This document shows positions 30,210-40,725 of a stretch of DNA of 64,000 nucleotides, piece by piece. Origin of the DNA: Candidatus Gottesmanbacteria bacterium (GTDB lineage: Bacteria; Patescibacteriota; Microgenomatia; UBA10105; UBA927); the NCBI GenBank assembly GCA_963809665.1, contig CAWEKC010000001.1, positions 6,852 to 70,851 of the forward strand, written 5' to 3'. Each line of letters begins with the position of its first letter. Within the stretch, counting starts at the first letter, position 1. The notes under the pieces were generated by a model. The model saw only the letters and a list, made by a program, of their open reading frames with translations. It did no database searches and was not told the DNA's origin. A program made the position numbers and the translations under genes.

Positions 30210-30955
30210 TTAACTATTTTCTTCTGCTGCAACTCCCACAACTTTGCATATGTGATAAACATACTGAACGCCTGATAGATACTTTCTATCCAGCCTACCG
30301 TGCCGGCCTTCCAGCCTCCTTGTGAGAAAAACGATCGGTTGAACCCGGTAATCATAACACGGATAAGACGCCACCAGACTACGGGCGGATGATGGGCATC
30401 CAACCGAAGTTGCGCCTCCAGGCGCGACCATTCATTAGTCTTTGAAACCATTTCCTCCAGAGTCCTATGTGTGCGGTGGATGAGGGGATTCGTGAGTGTG
30501 GAAGCCTCACCGACATACAGCGGAGTTTCGTGCAGAACCCCTTGCCAACCGCGGATAGCCGACCTCAGAAACAACCGCTCGACTTTATCCATTTTCGGCC
30601 AATGGCTCCCTAAATAATAGGTATCACGATTGATAAAATATACTACAGGTTGAGTTAAACCGATGACCCGCTTAATTTCTTTTTGCAACTCTCCGCTAAC
30701 TTCTTCATCCGCATCAATATAAAGTATCCATTTTCCGGTAGCCTCACGGAGACCTATGTCACGTAAATGGGAAAAATCTTTTTCTTTTTCAGAAATAACT
30801 TTTGCCCCATGCTTTATTGCAAGTTCTACCGTCCTATCTGTTGATCCGTTGTCAACAACTATACGCTCATCAGCAAATGCAACGCCTTCCAAACATCCGG
30901 CAATTCTCTGCTGTTCATTTTTTGCAATTATGATAGCGGTTAATTTTTTACTCAT
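30206..30955 (-). CDS. GT2-family glycosyltransferase
   Basis: 249 aa with ..AIIIAKNEQQRIAGCLEGV..VVDNGSTDRT..ATGKWILYIDADEEV.. Confidence 0.7.
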   Translation of the reverse strand: MSKKLTAIIIAKNEQQRIAGCLEGVAFADERIVVDNGSTDRTVELAIKHGAKVISEKEKDFSHLRDIGLREATGKWILYIDADEEVSGELQKEIKRVIGLTQPVVYFINRDTYYLGSHWPKMDKVERLFLRSAIRGWQGVLHETPLYVGEASTLTNPLIHRTHRTLEEMVSKTNEWSRLEAQLRLDAHHPPVVWWRLIRVMITGFNRSFFSQGGWKAGTVGWIESIYQAFSMFITYAKLWELQQKKIVK

Positions 30956-31866
30956 AATGAAAATCTATTTCCGTATCTCCCTAAAAAGTAATCTATCACT
31001 GCTTTTCTTCGGACTGCGGAGCCGGTGAGTACGTATCGTATCGCTTCCCGCAGTAATGCAATTTTTGTGCGTGTTTGCGCATACCGGAACCCAAGGAGAA
31101 GGCGGTTACGCGTTTGATAATATTGCTGCAGCGGATTACCGGGGCGTGCGGAGGACCCTGCGTTGGTGTGCCATAGCACGGACGACGGAACGTAACGGAG
31201 TGAGTAGCCTGCCTTCACTGCCCGGAGACAAAAATCCAAATCCTCAAGATACAGATAATACCTGTCGTCCAACTCCCCTATACGATCAAAGACATCCTGA
31301 CGGATCATCATGGAACATCCCGTAACAAACGGCGTCTCTATCTCCGAATCAAACTGACCATGATCCACTTCATCCACCCCACGGTGCGAGGCATACATAT
31401 TCTCCCAATCCACTAACCCGCCGGCATACCAGAACACTTTGCCGCGCTCATTCTCTTTATACCGATTCAAATGAAATTCATGTCCCGGTGCAAAATATAT
31501 CTTGCATCCGCAAATCCCTACCACGGGATCCCTGAAAGCTTTCAGGACATTCAACACATGCGTATCAACAAACGTGTCATTATTGAGTAACCAGACGAAA
31601 TCCGCATGATGCTGACGGGCATAGGTAATCCCGACGTTATTTCCACCGGTGAAACCGAGATTATTACCTGTGGGAAGCACTACTACGTGAGGAAATTTAT
31701 TCCGTATGGTTGAGACTGAATCGTCAATTGAACCGTTATCCACTACGATTACCTGAAGATCTACGTCATGCTTTTCAATATTTTCAAGTGATCCTAAACA
31801 AATTTCGGTATCCTTTCCCCCGTTCCAGTTGACAATAATTACAGCAACTTTCGCTTTAGTTTCCAT
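30952..31866 (-). CDS. GT2-family glycosyltransferase (rhamnosyltransferase-like)
   Basis: 304 aa with ..VAVIIVNWNGGKDTEICLGSL..VVDNGSIDDS.. Confidence 0.7.
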   Translation of the reverse strand: METKAKVAVIIVNWNGGKDTEICLGSLENIEKHDVDLQVIVVDNGSIDDSVSTIRNKFPHVVVLPTGNNLGFTGGNNVGITYARQHHADFVWLLNNDTFVDTHVLNVLKAFRDPVVGICGCKIYFAPGHEFHLNRYKENERGKVFWYAGGLVDWENMYASHRGVDEVDHGQFDSEIETPFVTGCSMMIRQDVFDRIGELDDRYYLYLEDLDFCLRAVKAGYSLRYVPSSVLWHTNAGSSARPGNPLQQYYQTRNRLLLGFRYAQTRTKIALLREAIRYVLTGSAVRRKAVIDYFLGRYGNRFSL

Positions 31867-32741
31867 AAAATTTTGTTAAAGAAATTATGAGTTTCTGCGA
31901 GCTTAGTTGTATATATCCAGTACTTCACATCTTTTCCTCCCCGGGCTATTTCGTTCATAACGGAATCCGGAGCCAAATCGCGCTGCGGAAACTTATGCAT
32001 CTCCCAATATTTGGCAAATACCGTGAACGAATAAAATGCCTGAAAAAGTGCAAGCACCAGCCCGTGAAGGCCGTCTTTATATCCCCCCTGGGCAAAATAA
32101 ATTTTCAAAAAATCCGAAAGAGGGAACCGTATTGCGTCGTACCATACGAGTTGGTGGTCCATATCTTTCAGAGAGATCGCTTCGCTTGTAGACGCACGGT
32201 CAATTTTAGTCAGATACTGGTGAACCGTTTCATAATTATAATGAAGATAGGGGTTCTCAAGTTCTCCTACCTGTCCGTCGACGATCGCATATTCATGAAT
32301 GTGGACACAGGCAAATTTCCCTTTTCCCCTCCGGAATAGCCGTACCTGTTTATCAGGCCACCACAATCCGTGAGTAATCCACCTGCCGAAAATGATGTTT
32401 TTCCGCTTTATCCAATACCCGTTTTCTCTGGGATTTGACCGGACAACGGCCTGTATTTCTTTCGATAACTCCTTGGGTATTTCTTCATCAGCATCCAGAT
32501 TCAATATCCAGTCACCCGTCGCTTTATCAAACCCGTAGTTTTTGTTGGTATTCAGCATTAAAATATTCTTTTGAGAGTAAATCTTATCGGTAAACTTTTT
32601 CGCTATCTCAACCGTAGAATCGCTGGATTCATTGTCGACAACGATAATTTCGTCCGCCAGATGGCTGACCGATGACAGACACCTACCGAGTGACTGTTGC
32701 TCGTTATACGCGGACACGACAACGGATAATTTTGATTTCAT
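31839..32741 (-). CDS. GT2-family glycosyltransferase
   Basis: 300 aa with ..LSVVVSAYNEQQSLGRCL..VVDNESSDST..GDWILNLDADEEI.. Confidence 0.7.
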   Translation of the reverse strand: MKSKLSVVVSAYNEQQSLGRCLSSVSHLADEIIVVDNESSDSTVEIAKKFTDKIYSQKNILMLNTNKNYGFDKATGDWILNLDADEEIPKELSKEIQAVVRSNPRENGYWIKRKNIIFGRWITHGLWWPDKQVRLFRRGKGKFACVHIHEYAIVDGQVGELENPYLHYNYETVHQYLTKIDRASTSEAISLKDMDHQLVWYDAIRFPLSDFLKIYFAQGGYKDGLHGLVLALFQAFYSFTVFAKYWEMHKFPQRDLAPDSVMNEIARGGKDVKYWIYTTKLAETHNFFNKILWKLKRKLL

Positions 32742-34195
32742 TGTGATCGGAAACTACGGACAGTATCAACAATACGTTTTTTTTCAAATATCCAAACGAC
32801 ACCTGCATACAGTATAACACCGGCAGATCCGGCGATAATAAGCCATATGAACGAGTGCGGCACGAACCGGAGAAGCACAAAATACAAGATACCCTGAAGT
32901 ACAGAGGCTAGCAGCGCCCCGTATATGCTTTTCCAGAATGAAAATTGAACTTCGCGTTTTACGAGCCAGACAACAATGATAATCGTCGTGGAAACCGACA
33001 GGAATGCCATCGGCACGCCGTTAAATCCGTAATACTTTATAAAGGTTAGGGTAAGAATCCACGTCAGGACGGTCCACATCACCATTAGTCCCAATGTTAC
33101 TTTAATTTTACCTATGGCATTCAGTGCGTTCGTAAGCGGCGTGGTAAGGCCGGCAAAAACTGAAGAAATCGTCAGAATATAAAATGCCAGTATGGCCGGT
33201 TCCCATTTTGCGTATTTCGGGATAATGCCGATGAGAGGTTGCACAAAAAACAATAACCCTACGGAAATCGGAAATATTGCCGTAGAAAGTCCGAACAACG
33301 TTTTTTCAATTGCTGCCCGCAGATGGTCCTTATGGTCCTGCAGCCGTGAAAACGCAGGGAATGTCACGCGGATGACGGAGTCCATAATTAAACGTAACGG
33401 CACCTCTGCCCATTTTTTTGCCCAACCGATATACCCAATCTGTGCAAACGGGAGTACCTTGCCTAAAAATACAGTCAGCAGGTCATCTTTGAGAAGCGCG
33501 ATGAAAGAATTTAACTGGAACGGAACACCGAACCGCATAAGCCTGCGGGCTACATCCCGTGAAAATTTCAGCTGAATCCGCCATGGTGAAATTATGTACA
33601 TGGCTACGAGCCCTACCACTGCCCGCACGATAACTGCCCAGGTGAAGCTCACGATGCCGTACCCTCGCCACGCTAAAATAACTGCGACTAGATAAAATCC
33701 CAATGTCTCCAGTATCTGAGGAATGACCAGCCTGTTGAAATTGAGTTTGCGCTCCAAAAGGATGGAGGGGATGGTTTTAAGCGATGAGAGGAAAAAAGAG
33801 ATAATAAGCGCCCTCAACAGCCATAATCCGGTGCCGTCCAGCCCGTAAAAGGTACTGATCGTTCGGGAACTGACGAGCGCGATAATAACAACGGAACCGA
33901 CGAGAATTTGCTGGATGGTAAAGGTTGTACTTAAGTCCTCAGGCGTCAGGATTTCTTTTTTCTGGATGAGCGCTGCGGCAAGACCGATATCGGAAAAATA
34001 TCCCAGAAAATTAATAACAGCCGACACCACATAAAATACTCCGAAGATCTGCGGGCTTAAAAATATTGTCAAAAGAAATGTTGCTGCAAACGCGATAACC
34101 TGCAATAAAAACGTTCGTGATGTAAGTGCAACAACACCGGTTAACGATCGCTTTTTCACCAACGCAATATCTATTTCTTCCATAAGCGTCTCCAC
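32738..34195 (-). CDS. Wzx-like polysaccharide/teichoic-acid flippase (MOP/PST family, Polysacc_synt)
   Basis: 485 aa, about 12-14 TM helices, with the characteristic N-terminal ..LTSRTFLLQVIAFAATFLLTIFLSPQIFGVFYVVSAVINFLGYFSDIGL.. Confidence 0.65.
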   Translation of the reverse strand: METLMEEIDIALVKKRSLTGVVALTSRTFLLQVIAFAATFLLTIFLSPQIFGVFYVVSAVINFLGYFSDIGLAAALIQKKEILTPEDLSTTFTIQQILVGSVVIIALVSSRTISTFYGLDGTGLWLLRALIISFFLSSLKTIPSILLERKLNFNRLVIPQILETLGFYLVAVILAWRGYGIVSFTWAVIVRAVVGLVAMYIISPWRIQLKFSRDVARRLMRFGVPFQLNSFIALLKDDLLTVFLGKVLPFAQIGYIGWAKKWAEVPLRLIMDSVIRVTFPAFSRLQDHKDHLRAAIEKTLFGLSTAIFPISVGLLFFVQPLIGIIPKYAKWEPAILAFYILTISSVFAGLTTPLTNALNAIGKIKVTLGLMVMWTVLTWILTLTFIKYYGFNGVPMAFLSVSTTIIIVVWLVKREVQFSFWKSIYGALLASVLQGILYFVLLRFVPHSFIWLIIAGSAGVILYAGVVWIFEKKRIVDTVRSFRSQ

Positions 34196-34914
34196 GGCCG
34201 CGTCTTAAACAGTCTCCATAGCCCGGCAAGATCTCCCTGAGCCGTTTTCATAACACGCACGGTTGACCCTGGATTATCTATCCATGTCACCGGTTCTTCG
34301 TATATCCGGTACCCGATTTTTTCCGCAACTATCAGGAGCTCCGAATCGAAAAACCATGCGTTATCTTCGATGTGCGGAATAACGTCCCGGATAACTCTGC
34401 GCGTGACTGCCTTGAATCCGCACTGTGCGTCGCTGAAGTGAACCCAGAAAAACAGTTTAATGAGAGTTATGTATGTTTTTGACGTTAAGGTCCGCAGCAA
34501 CGTTCTCCCGTACACCCGAGATCCTCTGGCGTTGCGTGTACCAATCGCGATATCATATCCCCTTGTAAGCGCCCGTACGAGCGGCGGGAGGTGTTTTAGG
34601 TCAGTGGACAGATCAACATCCATATATGTTTCAATATCGGCATCATCGGTTGACCAAACCTGCTTAACCGCCCTGCCGCGGCCTTTCTTGGGAAGATGGA
34701 CATAGGAAACCTCGGGAAATTTTTGACTGAGTTGTTTGGCAATGACAAGCGTTTTATCTTTTGAAGCGTTATCAGCAACCGTAATGTGCCATGAGAAATC
34801 GGGTAAGTGATTCCGCAGGTAATCACGAAGCGTCCCGACGCTTGCAGCAAGCTCTTTTTCCTCGTTGTATACCGGAATAACGATATTAACTGACGGTTTT
34901 TTCGCGTTTATCAT
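34171..34914 (-). CDS. DPM1/CsbB/GtrB-like GT2 polyprenyl-phosphate sugar synthase
   Basis: 247 aa with ..VNIVIPVYNEEKEL..ADNASKDKT..DVDLSTD..QCGFKAV.., matching polyprenol monophosphoglycosyl transferases. Confidence 0.7.
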   Translation of the reverse strand: MINAKKPSVNIVIPVYNEEKELAASVGTLRDYLRNHLPDFSWHITVADNASKDKTLVIAKQLSQKFPEVSYVHLPKKGRGRAVKQVWSTDDADIETYMDVDLSTDLKHLPPLVRALTRGYDIAIGTRNARGSRVYGRTLLRTLTSKTYITLIKLFFWVHFSDAQCGFKAVTRRVIRDVIPHIEDNAWFFDSELLIVAEKIGYRIYEEPVTWIDNPGSTVRVMKTAQGDLAGLWRLFKTRPWRRLWKK

Positions 34915-36550
34915 ATAAGTAAAAACATATTCCCAGCGAAAGGAGGCTTATGATATTCCCAATCCGGCGTACGGGTGTATCCCGGAATTGCATCTGCACC
35001 ACACTGCCATTCGATGGTATGGGAATAACCGGCAAACCATTTTGAATCATTGGTTTTGTATCCGTAACATTAACAATATAATTCCACCCCGGAAAATACG
35101 CCGTGTTTATCCGAACAGCCGTCGGTTCTTTTGCCTCGAATGCAAACTTGTCATATACATCCGTCAGCTGCTGGATTTCCACAGTGTACAGGTCCGATTT
35201 CGGTATTGTATCACGCGCGATATCCTGCGGGTTTTTTGGTCTGGGTACTGCCGGTGGTAAATATTCATCGGATATTTTGGACACCCGAAAACTGATATCC
35301 TCTTTAGTCTCAAAATCGCTTGCCGCCCGGCTGTACGTATATTGAGGGATAAACCGTTTTGTTTCAACGAACAACGTAGCGGAAACCAGAAGTATTACTA
35401 TGCCCCACCGTACCATGGCCGGCCGGAAGAGATATGCGGCCTGACTGATAACGAGTGAGATCCCGAATATGGCAAACGCCAGAAACCGCCATGGATATTG
35501 AACAAAGGCAAAAAACGGAAGAATGTTCCAGATAGGTTCGGAAATATTCAGCATAAATAATACCGAGATTCCAAAAACCGCCATGCCTGTTGCGACGAGT
35601 ATTTTTGACTTTTTACCGCGCAACAACCCAGGCAATATACTTACTACCACTCCAAGTGCGACAAGAAGATGCTCTTTGCCCACTTTAAATGACAGGCCGT
35701 CCAGACACCCTTTTGCAGATCCGCCGAAACCCCATGGCGAATTCCATAACTGTGAAAGACACACAAAATGATCGCGGAAATTCGATCCGCTGTTGATTTG
35801 TCCCGCTACATTGGTATATCCCATTTCCCATAAAGCGGGAAGCCAGAAAAATGCTGCGAGCCCCAGACCCAAAAGTACGATAATCCAGATATTTTTCAGC
35901 TGTCTTTTATCAATAAATTTTTTTAGATATCCTGCGCTCAAAACTACGGCAGCCAGACCAACAAAAAACATTCCCACATAGCCCAAAATTGTATGGGATA
36001 CGATAAGTCCCGCAGTACCGGCCGCCGCTAAAAGTATTCCACCGGTTACAGATTTGCGTGTACAAATCCGCCAAAAACCCCAGAGGATAAGCGGCAAAAA
36101 AATAAGCGCATAATATTCCCCGACAGCACCCCGGACGTACGCCTGTACGGCATGGTACGGAGCAAACATATAAAATACAGCGCCCAAGACCCCTGCAGAG
36201 ACCCCCGAAATTTCAGCAAGGGCCGCATACATGACTATTCCCGACAGAACCAGCCCGGCCCCCATCATAATTTTGGTAGCAGTAAGACCGGTCAGTCCCA
36301 ATGCATACAAAGCGCCGCCCACGTAGTACGGCAGCGGTCCGTAGAAATTAAAAATGGGATACCCGTATCCGTACCCGAGATCCGAAACCCAGCGGACCGG
36401 AAATTGCCCTTCGCGGAGTGCCCTTCCCATCTCTACAACCCGGGCAACCTGTGTATCATCGTGCATGGGAAAATATCCGGAAGACAACAGTGACCGTATC
36501 ATTAAAAACGAGCACGCAAGAACGATAATTAACCCGGCTATTTTTTTCAT
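34886..36550 (-). CDS. PF10131-like ('PTPS-related') polytopic membrane protein, presumed GT-C-like
   Basis: ORF 34886-36589, with start preferred at MKKIAGLIIVL. N-terminal ..HDDTQVARVVEMGRALREGQFPVRW.. and a C-terminal beta-rich domain plus a terminal TM. Confidence 0.55.
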   Translation of the reverse strand: MKKIAGLIIVLACSFLMIRSLLSSGYFPMHDDTQVARVVEMGRALREGQFPVRWVSDLGYGYGYPIFNFYGPLPYYVGGALYALGLTGLTATKIMMGAGLVLSGIVMYAALAEISGVSAGVLGAVFYMFAPYHAVQAYVRGAVGEYYALIFLPLILWGFWRICTRKSVTGGILLAAAGTAGLIVSHTILGYVGMFFVGLAAVVLSAGYLKKFIDKRQLKNIWIIVLLGLGLAAFFWLPALWEMGYTNVAGQINSGSNFRDHFVCLSQLWNSPWGFGGSAKGCLDGLSFKVGKEHLLVALGVVVSILPGLLRGKKSKILVATGMAVFGISVLFMLNISEPIWNILPFFAFVQYPWRFLAFAIFGISLVISQAAYLFRPAMVRWGIVILLVSATLFVETKRFIPQYTYSRAASDFETKEDISFRVSKISDEYLPPAVPRPKNPQDIARDTIPKSDLYTVEIQQLTDVYDKFAFEAKEPTAVRINTAYFPGWNYIVNVTDTKPMIQNGLPVIPIPSNGSVVQMQFRDTPVRRIGNIISLLSLGICFYLYDKREKTVS

Positions 36551-38073
36551 TTTTTCCGCTTTCTTACGAGCACGGTTATACAATACCAAATCAGGAATCC
36601 TAATGAAATATTGTCAGCTAAAAATCTTGATATGGTCTCCCTGAATCCGGCAACCATACGATGTGTCCCCTGCGGGACGGCAACCCGCATGAGCCCCTGC
36701 GGGTTCTTATAATCAATACGGACGGGAGCATCATCGATGGAGACCCCCCACCCGGGATAATACTCCGTATTTATTTGTACAATACTGTCCTCGTTGGCAA
36801 TTACGGTAACGTCAAAGGACTGTGTAGATATTTTTTTCACATCAAACGTGCCGGCGCCTTTATAAAAAATAAGCTTCTGGTACGCGCGTTGGGTAGGTGG
36901 TTGACTGACCCATCGCGGCATATATTCATTCTGTACCGTCGTGGTCGCCTCGTTTGTCGAGTAATACCCATCGGGTAAATCGGTGTACTGTATTTTTTGT
37001 AGGGCCACAAGGGATGACCATACCCCGAATGCAATAAAGAGAACCATCAACGGCACCCGTAAAAATGTCCGCAGAGAGTTCAATACGTACCCCACCAACC
37101 AGCATTCTATGAGTATTGTTACTGATAACAATCTGTATGGGAATTGGATAATATGTGCCAGGAGATCCCACCGCCACAGAAAAGCGCTGAACGGCAAAAC
37201 CATGAACAACGTAAAAATAAAAGAAAGTATAAAGAATGTCTTTTCCTTCAGCGATTTCCGGATAAATACCGCAATGCATGCAGCAGCTATCCCGGAAAAT
37301 CCTAACAACGTCACGTTCGCAGCGGTAATAAAATATGCGGCGGGATTTGCAACGTTAACCGCATCAAACACCACGTATTTACGTTCATAGAGAGCCGGAA
37401 ACCAAAAAAACATCGCCATCCCTACCCCGAGGAAAACCATGAGCCAATTATCGCGCCACCGGCCGATTGCGGTAATATACAGGATGTAAAATCCCAAAAA
37501 AAGAACGGCGAGCGAATTATGACTCACGATGAGAAGTGACACAGCAAGTGCCAGCAGCCAGGATTTTTTCGCGGCAATCGAGTACAAACCCATCGCCGCC
37601 CACGCCAGTGCCAGGATTTCTCCGACCGATCCGCGGGTATACAGATCAAACAATACATACGGAGCCGTAACAAAACAGATTGCGCCTACCGCACTTTCCA
37701 CAGAACGGAAATATTGTTTCAGCCACATGAACGTAAAATACGAACCGATAAGCACTGACAGCCCGAAAATAATCTTGACGGACGTAATGAATGAGAATCC
37801 GATAACATGAATGAGTGAACCGATATACAAAAAGCCCGGGTAAAGGAAATTCGCAACCGGATAGCCGTAACTGTAATTTAATCTCCCAAGGAAACGCACG
37901 GGGAATTGACCTTCACGGAAACTTTGGAAAAAAGCACTCAACCGGATAATCATCCAACCGCCGTCATCGGAGACGAAAAAACCACGGTGAAAAAGTCCGG
38001 ATAGAACAAAAAGGGCAAAACCGAACACGGTAAGCAGGGATAGGGCAAGAATGATCAACTGATGCCTTTTCAT
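36547..38073 (-). CDS. PF10131-like ('PTPS-related') polytopic membrane protein, presumed GT-C-like (tandem paralog)
   Basis: 508 aa with ..SDDGGWMIIRLSAFFQSFREGQFPVRF.. Stop/start overlap with 34886-36550. Confidence 0.55.
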   Translation of the reverse strand: MKRHQLIILALSLLTVFGFALFVLSGLFHRGFFVSDDGGWMIIRLSAFFQSFREGQFPVRFLGRLNYSYGYPVANFLYPGFLYIGSLIHVIGFSFITSVKIIFGLSVLIGSYFTFMWLKQYFRSVESAVGAICFVTAPYVLFDLYTRGSVGEILALAWAAMGLYSIAAKKSWLLALAVSLLIVSHNSLAVLFLGFYILYITAIGRWRDNWLMVFLGVGMAMFFWFPALYERKYVVFDAVNVANPAAYFITAANVTLLGFSGIAAACIAVFIRKSLKEKTFFILSFIFTLFMVLPFSAFLWRWDLLAHIIQFPYRLLSVTILIECWLVGYVLNSLRTFLRVPLMVLFIAFGVWSSLVALQKIQYTDLPDGYYSTNEATTTVQNEYMPRWVSQPPTQRAYQKLIFYKGAGTFDVKKISTQSFDVTVIANEDSIVQINTEYYPGWGVSIDDAPVRIDYKNPQGLMRVAVPQGTHRMVAGFRETISRFLADNISLGFLIWYCITVLVRKRKK

Positions 38074-39587
38074 ACTCCATGTACCGGAGAAAGTACCTCA
38101 TACAACCGCAGAAACTTCACGGTATTCTGCCCCTTTTGATACTGTGCAATAAGCGTCATAGGCCACGGCGGAACATTTTGTTTCTCGTTGAAAACCATAA
38201 ACGTCGGGGTTACTTTTGCCTGATCTATCATCTCCTGCGGTATATCGCTCGGTATCGGGTATATTCCTTTAATAGTAATATTCGGGTTATCCACAAGATA
38301 CAACTCTAAGGCATACGGCAGGAGACCAAACGTGCCGTCGGTATAGACCGTTATTTTTCCTTTCAAGGACTGATCTAATAAAAATGCATTCACCTGACTG
38401 ATGCCCCAGCCCGCCGGCCAATCATTGATATATTGTCCGGCGTCTGCATCCGGGATCGGAGCATACACCGGATTGGTAATAATATAATAATCCGCATAGA
38501 AGCTTCCGAAGAAAAGTATAACAACAAACACCCATCGCCACACAGAACCTTTAAAATGATCCCAGATCCATGCGACTGCCACGGCAGAGAGAATCATGAG
38601 CGGAAGAATCATAAATAAGATAAACCGCGGATACAGTACTTTTCCATCCAGGGCGAGAGCAAAAAACGGAGCGAACCACCAGCCCAAAAGCAGTAATTTT
38701 TCTCTGGGAAATTTCCATAATGAAAATCCGGCAAACATAGCACTGAAAAATATAGGCCAGGTTAAATAATTGATAGCCCAGTCAAAAAGGCCATGAATAT
38801 TCCCTATAAGGAAATTGAACGGGTGGGTAAGCCATTCTCCGAGCGGGTATACAAACAATGCGTTTTTTTGTTCTATCATGCCGAAAAGCGGAGAGAGCCG
38901 CAGTACGCTATACAGGAGTTGTGATATTGCCGCGGCCAGACACACATATACGATCCAAAGCATCACCCGTTTTACCCGTCCTGTATGCCGCCAGTCGAAC
39001 AAAAGAAGTGTGCCCGGCAGCATGTACAAACTTAAGAATCCTGACGTCTTATTGAGCATTCCCATGCCCAGTGTTAATCCGAGAAGTAATGCTACATCCA
39101 GCCGCAGACGGCGTACAAGAAGAATCGCTAAGTAGAGGTTCCAGATGGAAAATGCCGCAACCCACGAGTCATAGAGTGCCATGCGGTCATAGAAGAGACC
39201 AAACGGAATAATAATATACAGAAAACTTGCAATGAAGCTTATTTTTTTACTTTTGAATAACTCCTGTGCGGTAAACCATATCCCGATTGTCGTGAAGATT
39301 CCGGCTATGACGGACACTAAGCGCCCGGCTAACAAGGGGTCACGGATAAACCGGAGGAACACCATCATTATCCAGGTAAATAGCGGCTGTTTTCCGTCTA
39401 CCAGTGAGATAAACCGCCAGTTTGCGTCACGGCTTCCTATCTGAGACCAACGGATATAAATAGCCTCATCCGTAAATATCGGTAGCTTCGTGAGGTTTGT
39501 GAGCCTGGTAATAAGATAAAGCGCCGCCAGACCGGCGATGAGAAGTAGAAGACGAACCCGCCAGCGCCTGAATATAGCCATATTCAA
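38070..39587 (-). CDS. ArnT/PMT_2-like GT-C membrane glycosyltransferase
   Basis: 505 aa with ..LPIFTDEAIYIRWSQIGSRDANWRFISLVDGKQPLFTW.. Confidence 0.6.
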   Translation of the reverse strand: MNMAIFRRWRVRLLLLIAGLAALYLITRLTNLTKLPIFTDEAIYIRWSQIGSRDANWRFISLVDGKQPLFTWIMMVFLRFIRDPLLAGRLVSVIAGIFTTIGIWFTAQELFKSKKISFIASFLYIIIPFGLFYDRMALYDSWVAAFSIWNLYLAILLVRRLRLDVALLLGLTLGMGMLNKTSGFLSLYMLPGTLLLFDWRHTGRVKRVMLWIVYVCLAAAISQLLYSVLRLSPLFGMIEQKNALFVYPLGEWLTHPFNFLIGNIHGLFDWAINYLTWPIFFSAMFAGFSLWKFPREKLLLLGWWFAPFFALALDGKVLYPRFILFMILPLMILSAVAVAWIWDHFKGSVWRWVFVVILFFGSFYADYYIITNPVYAPIPDADAGQYINDWPAGWGISQVNAFLLDQSLKGKITVYTDGTFGLLPYALELYLVDNPNITIKGIYPIPSDIPQEMIDQAKVTPTFMVFNEKQNVPPWPMTLIAQYQKGQNTVKFLRLYEVLSPVHGV

Positions 39588-39588
39588 A

Positions 39589-40725
39589 TTATACCTGAGG
39601 CCGCTTTGATGGGCAAATGAGGTTTCGGACGCCTATCCAGACAAGAGAAAGAAGAATAGGTATGATTACGAACCAGAATTTCAGGATTTGCACCGGGGGA
39701 TCGTAGTTACCGGTGTATAAAAACGGTGCGTAGGTGAGAAGAAAACCCAGAGAGGCGCCTGTACCAACGATTGTAAGCCACTTCGTACGGGGAAGAAGCG
39801 CATACCACGGGATGAACCAGATGAGGTACCACGGGAGTATTTCACGTCTGGTAATAATAATAAAACCGGCAAACCCGATTGCCGTTGCCACAATCGACCA
39901 TTTCCGCTGCCAGCCTATTAAAAAGAGCGGTATGAGACTTATAGTCATTATCTTCGTCGCCGCTGAGCATGATAGAAGCACAAATGATGCAAGCCGCTTT
40001 TTGTGCAGATATACATAAAACGACGTTACTGCAAATGCCATCATGATCACGTCATAGTGGCCGCTCACAAGCGTTTCAAAAATGACTAAAGGATTCAGCG
40101 CAAACACGGCAGTTCCGTACAGTGCATGATCGGGTTCGAGATCGGAAAGTATTTTCCAGATAAACCATGCGGTTACCAGATACCCTGCAGCCATAAGTGC
40201 TTTAAAACTCCATAAAATTCCCAGAAAATAACCAAAACCAAGTAGGTATGCCGGCAGAGACAGTGTTATCCAGAACGGCATAAACGTGCTGGGTATATGC
40301 GTCCAGTGCATAAATGAAAGCCACGGTTCAACACCGCTGAATTGAAGAGGAATAACCATATACGGAATTTTGTGATATACGAGAACCGTTTTTGCATCGA
40401 ACATATAATTAAATATGTCATAGGAAAACGCGGGGTAAGAAAATATTAAAATGATTGTCACGACCAGAATGATTCTTCTTAAAACCTGAAACGTCAGCTT
40501 TGTATTTAGCGCCCAAATATAAAGAATAAAAAAAGCCGCGACTAATCCCACAAACATACCTGTCGCCACGGGCCGCTGGAAATACCCGATATATTGGAAA
40601 CTTTTTTCAATCGTTTGATAGATGCTCAGTCTTGACAGTGTGAGTGAAAGATCTACCTGTGTGTAGGAAAATAAGAAAAGTGCAATCGCCGCAAGTACAT
40701 ATCCGATAGATAATTTTTTAGCCAT
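39589..40725 (-). CDS. DUF2029/GT87-type polytopic GT-C-like membrane protein
   Basis: 378 aa, about 10 TM helices. Intact paralog of the frameshifted 404-1547 gene. Confidence 0.5.
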   Translation of the reverse strand: MAKKLSIGYVLAAIALFLFSYTQVDLSLTLSRLSIYQTIEKSFQYIGYFQRPVATGMFVGLVAAFFILYIWALNTKLTFQVLRRIILVVTIILIFSYPAFSYDIFNYMFDAKTVLVYHKIPYMVIPLQFSGVEPWLSFMHWTHIPSTFMPFWITLSLPAYLLGFGYFLGILWSFKALMAAGYLVTAWFIWKILSDLEPDHALYGTAVFALNPLVIFETLVSGHYDVIMMAFAVTSFYVYLHKKRLASFVLLSCSAATKIMTISLIPLFLIGWQRKWSIVATAIGFAGFIIITRREILPWYLIWFIPWYALLPRTKWLTIVGTGASLGFLLTYAPFLYTGNYDPPVQILKFWFVIIPILLSLVWIGVRNLICPSKRPQV

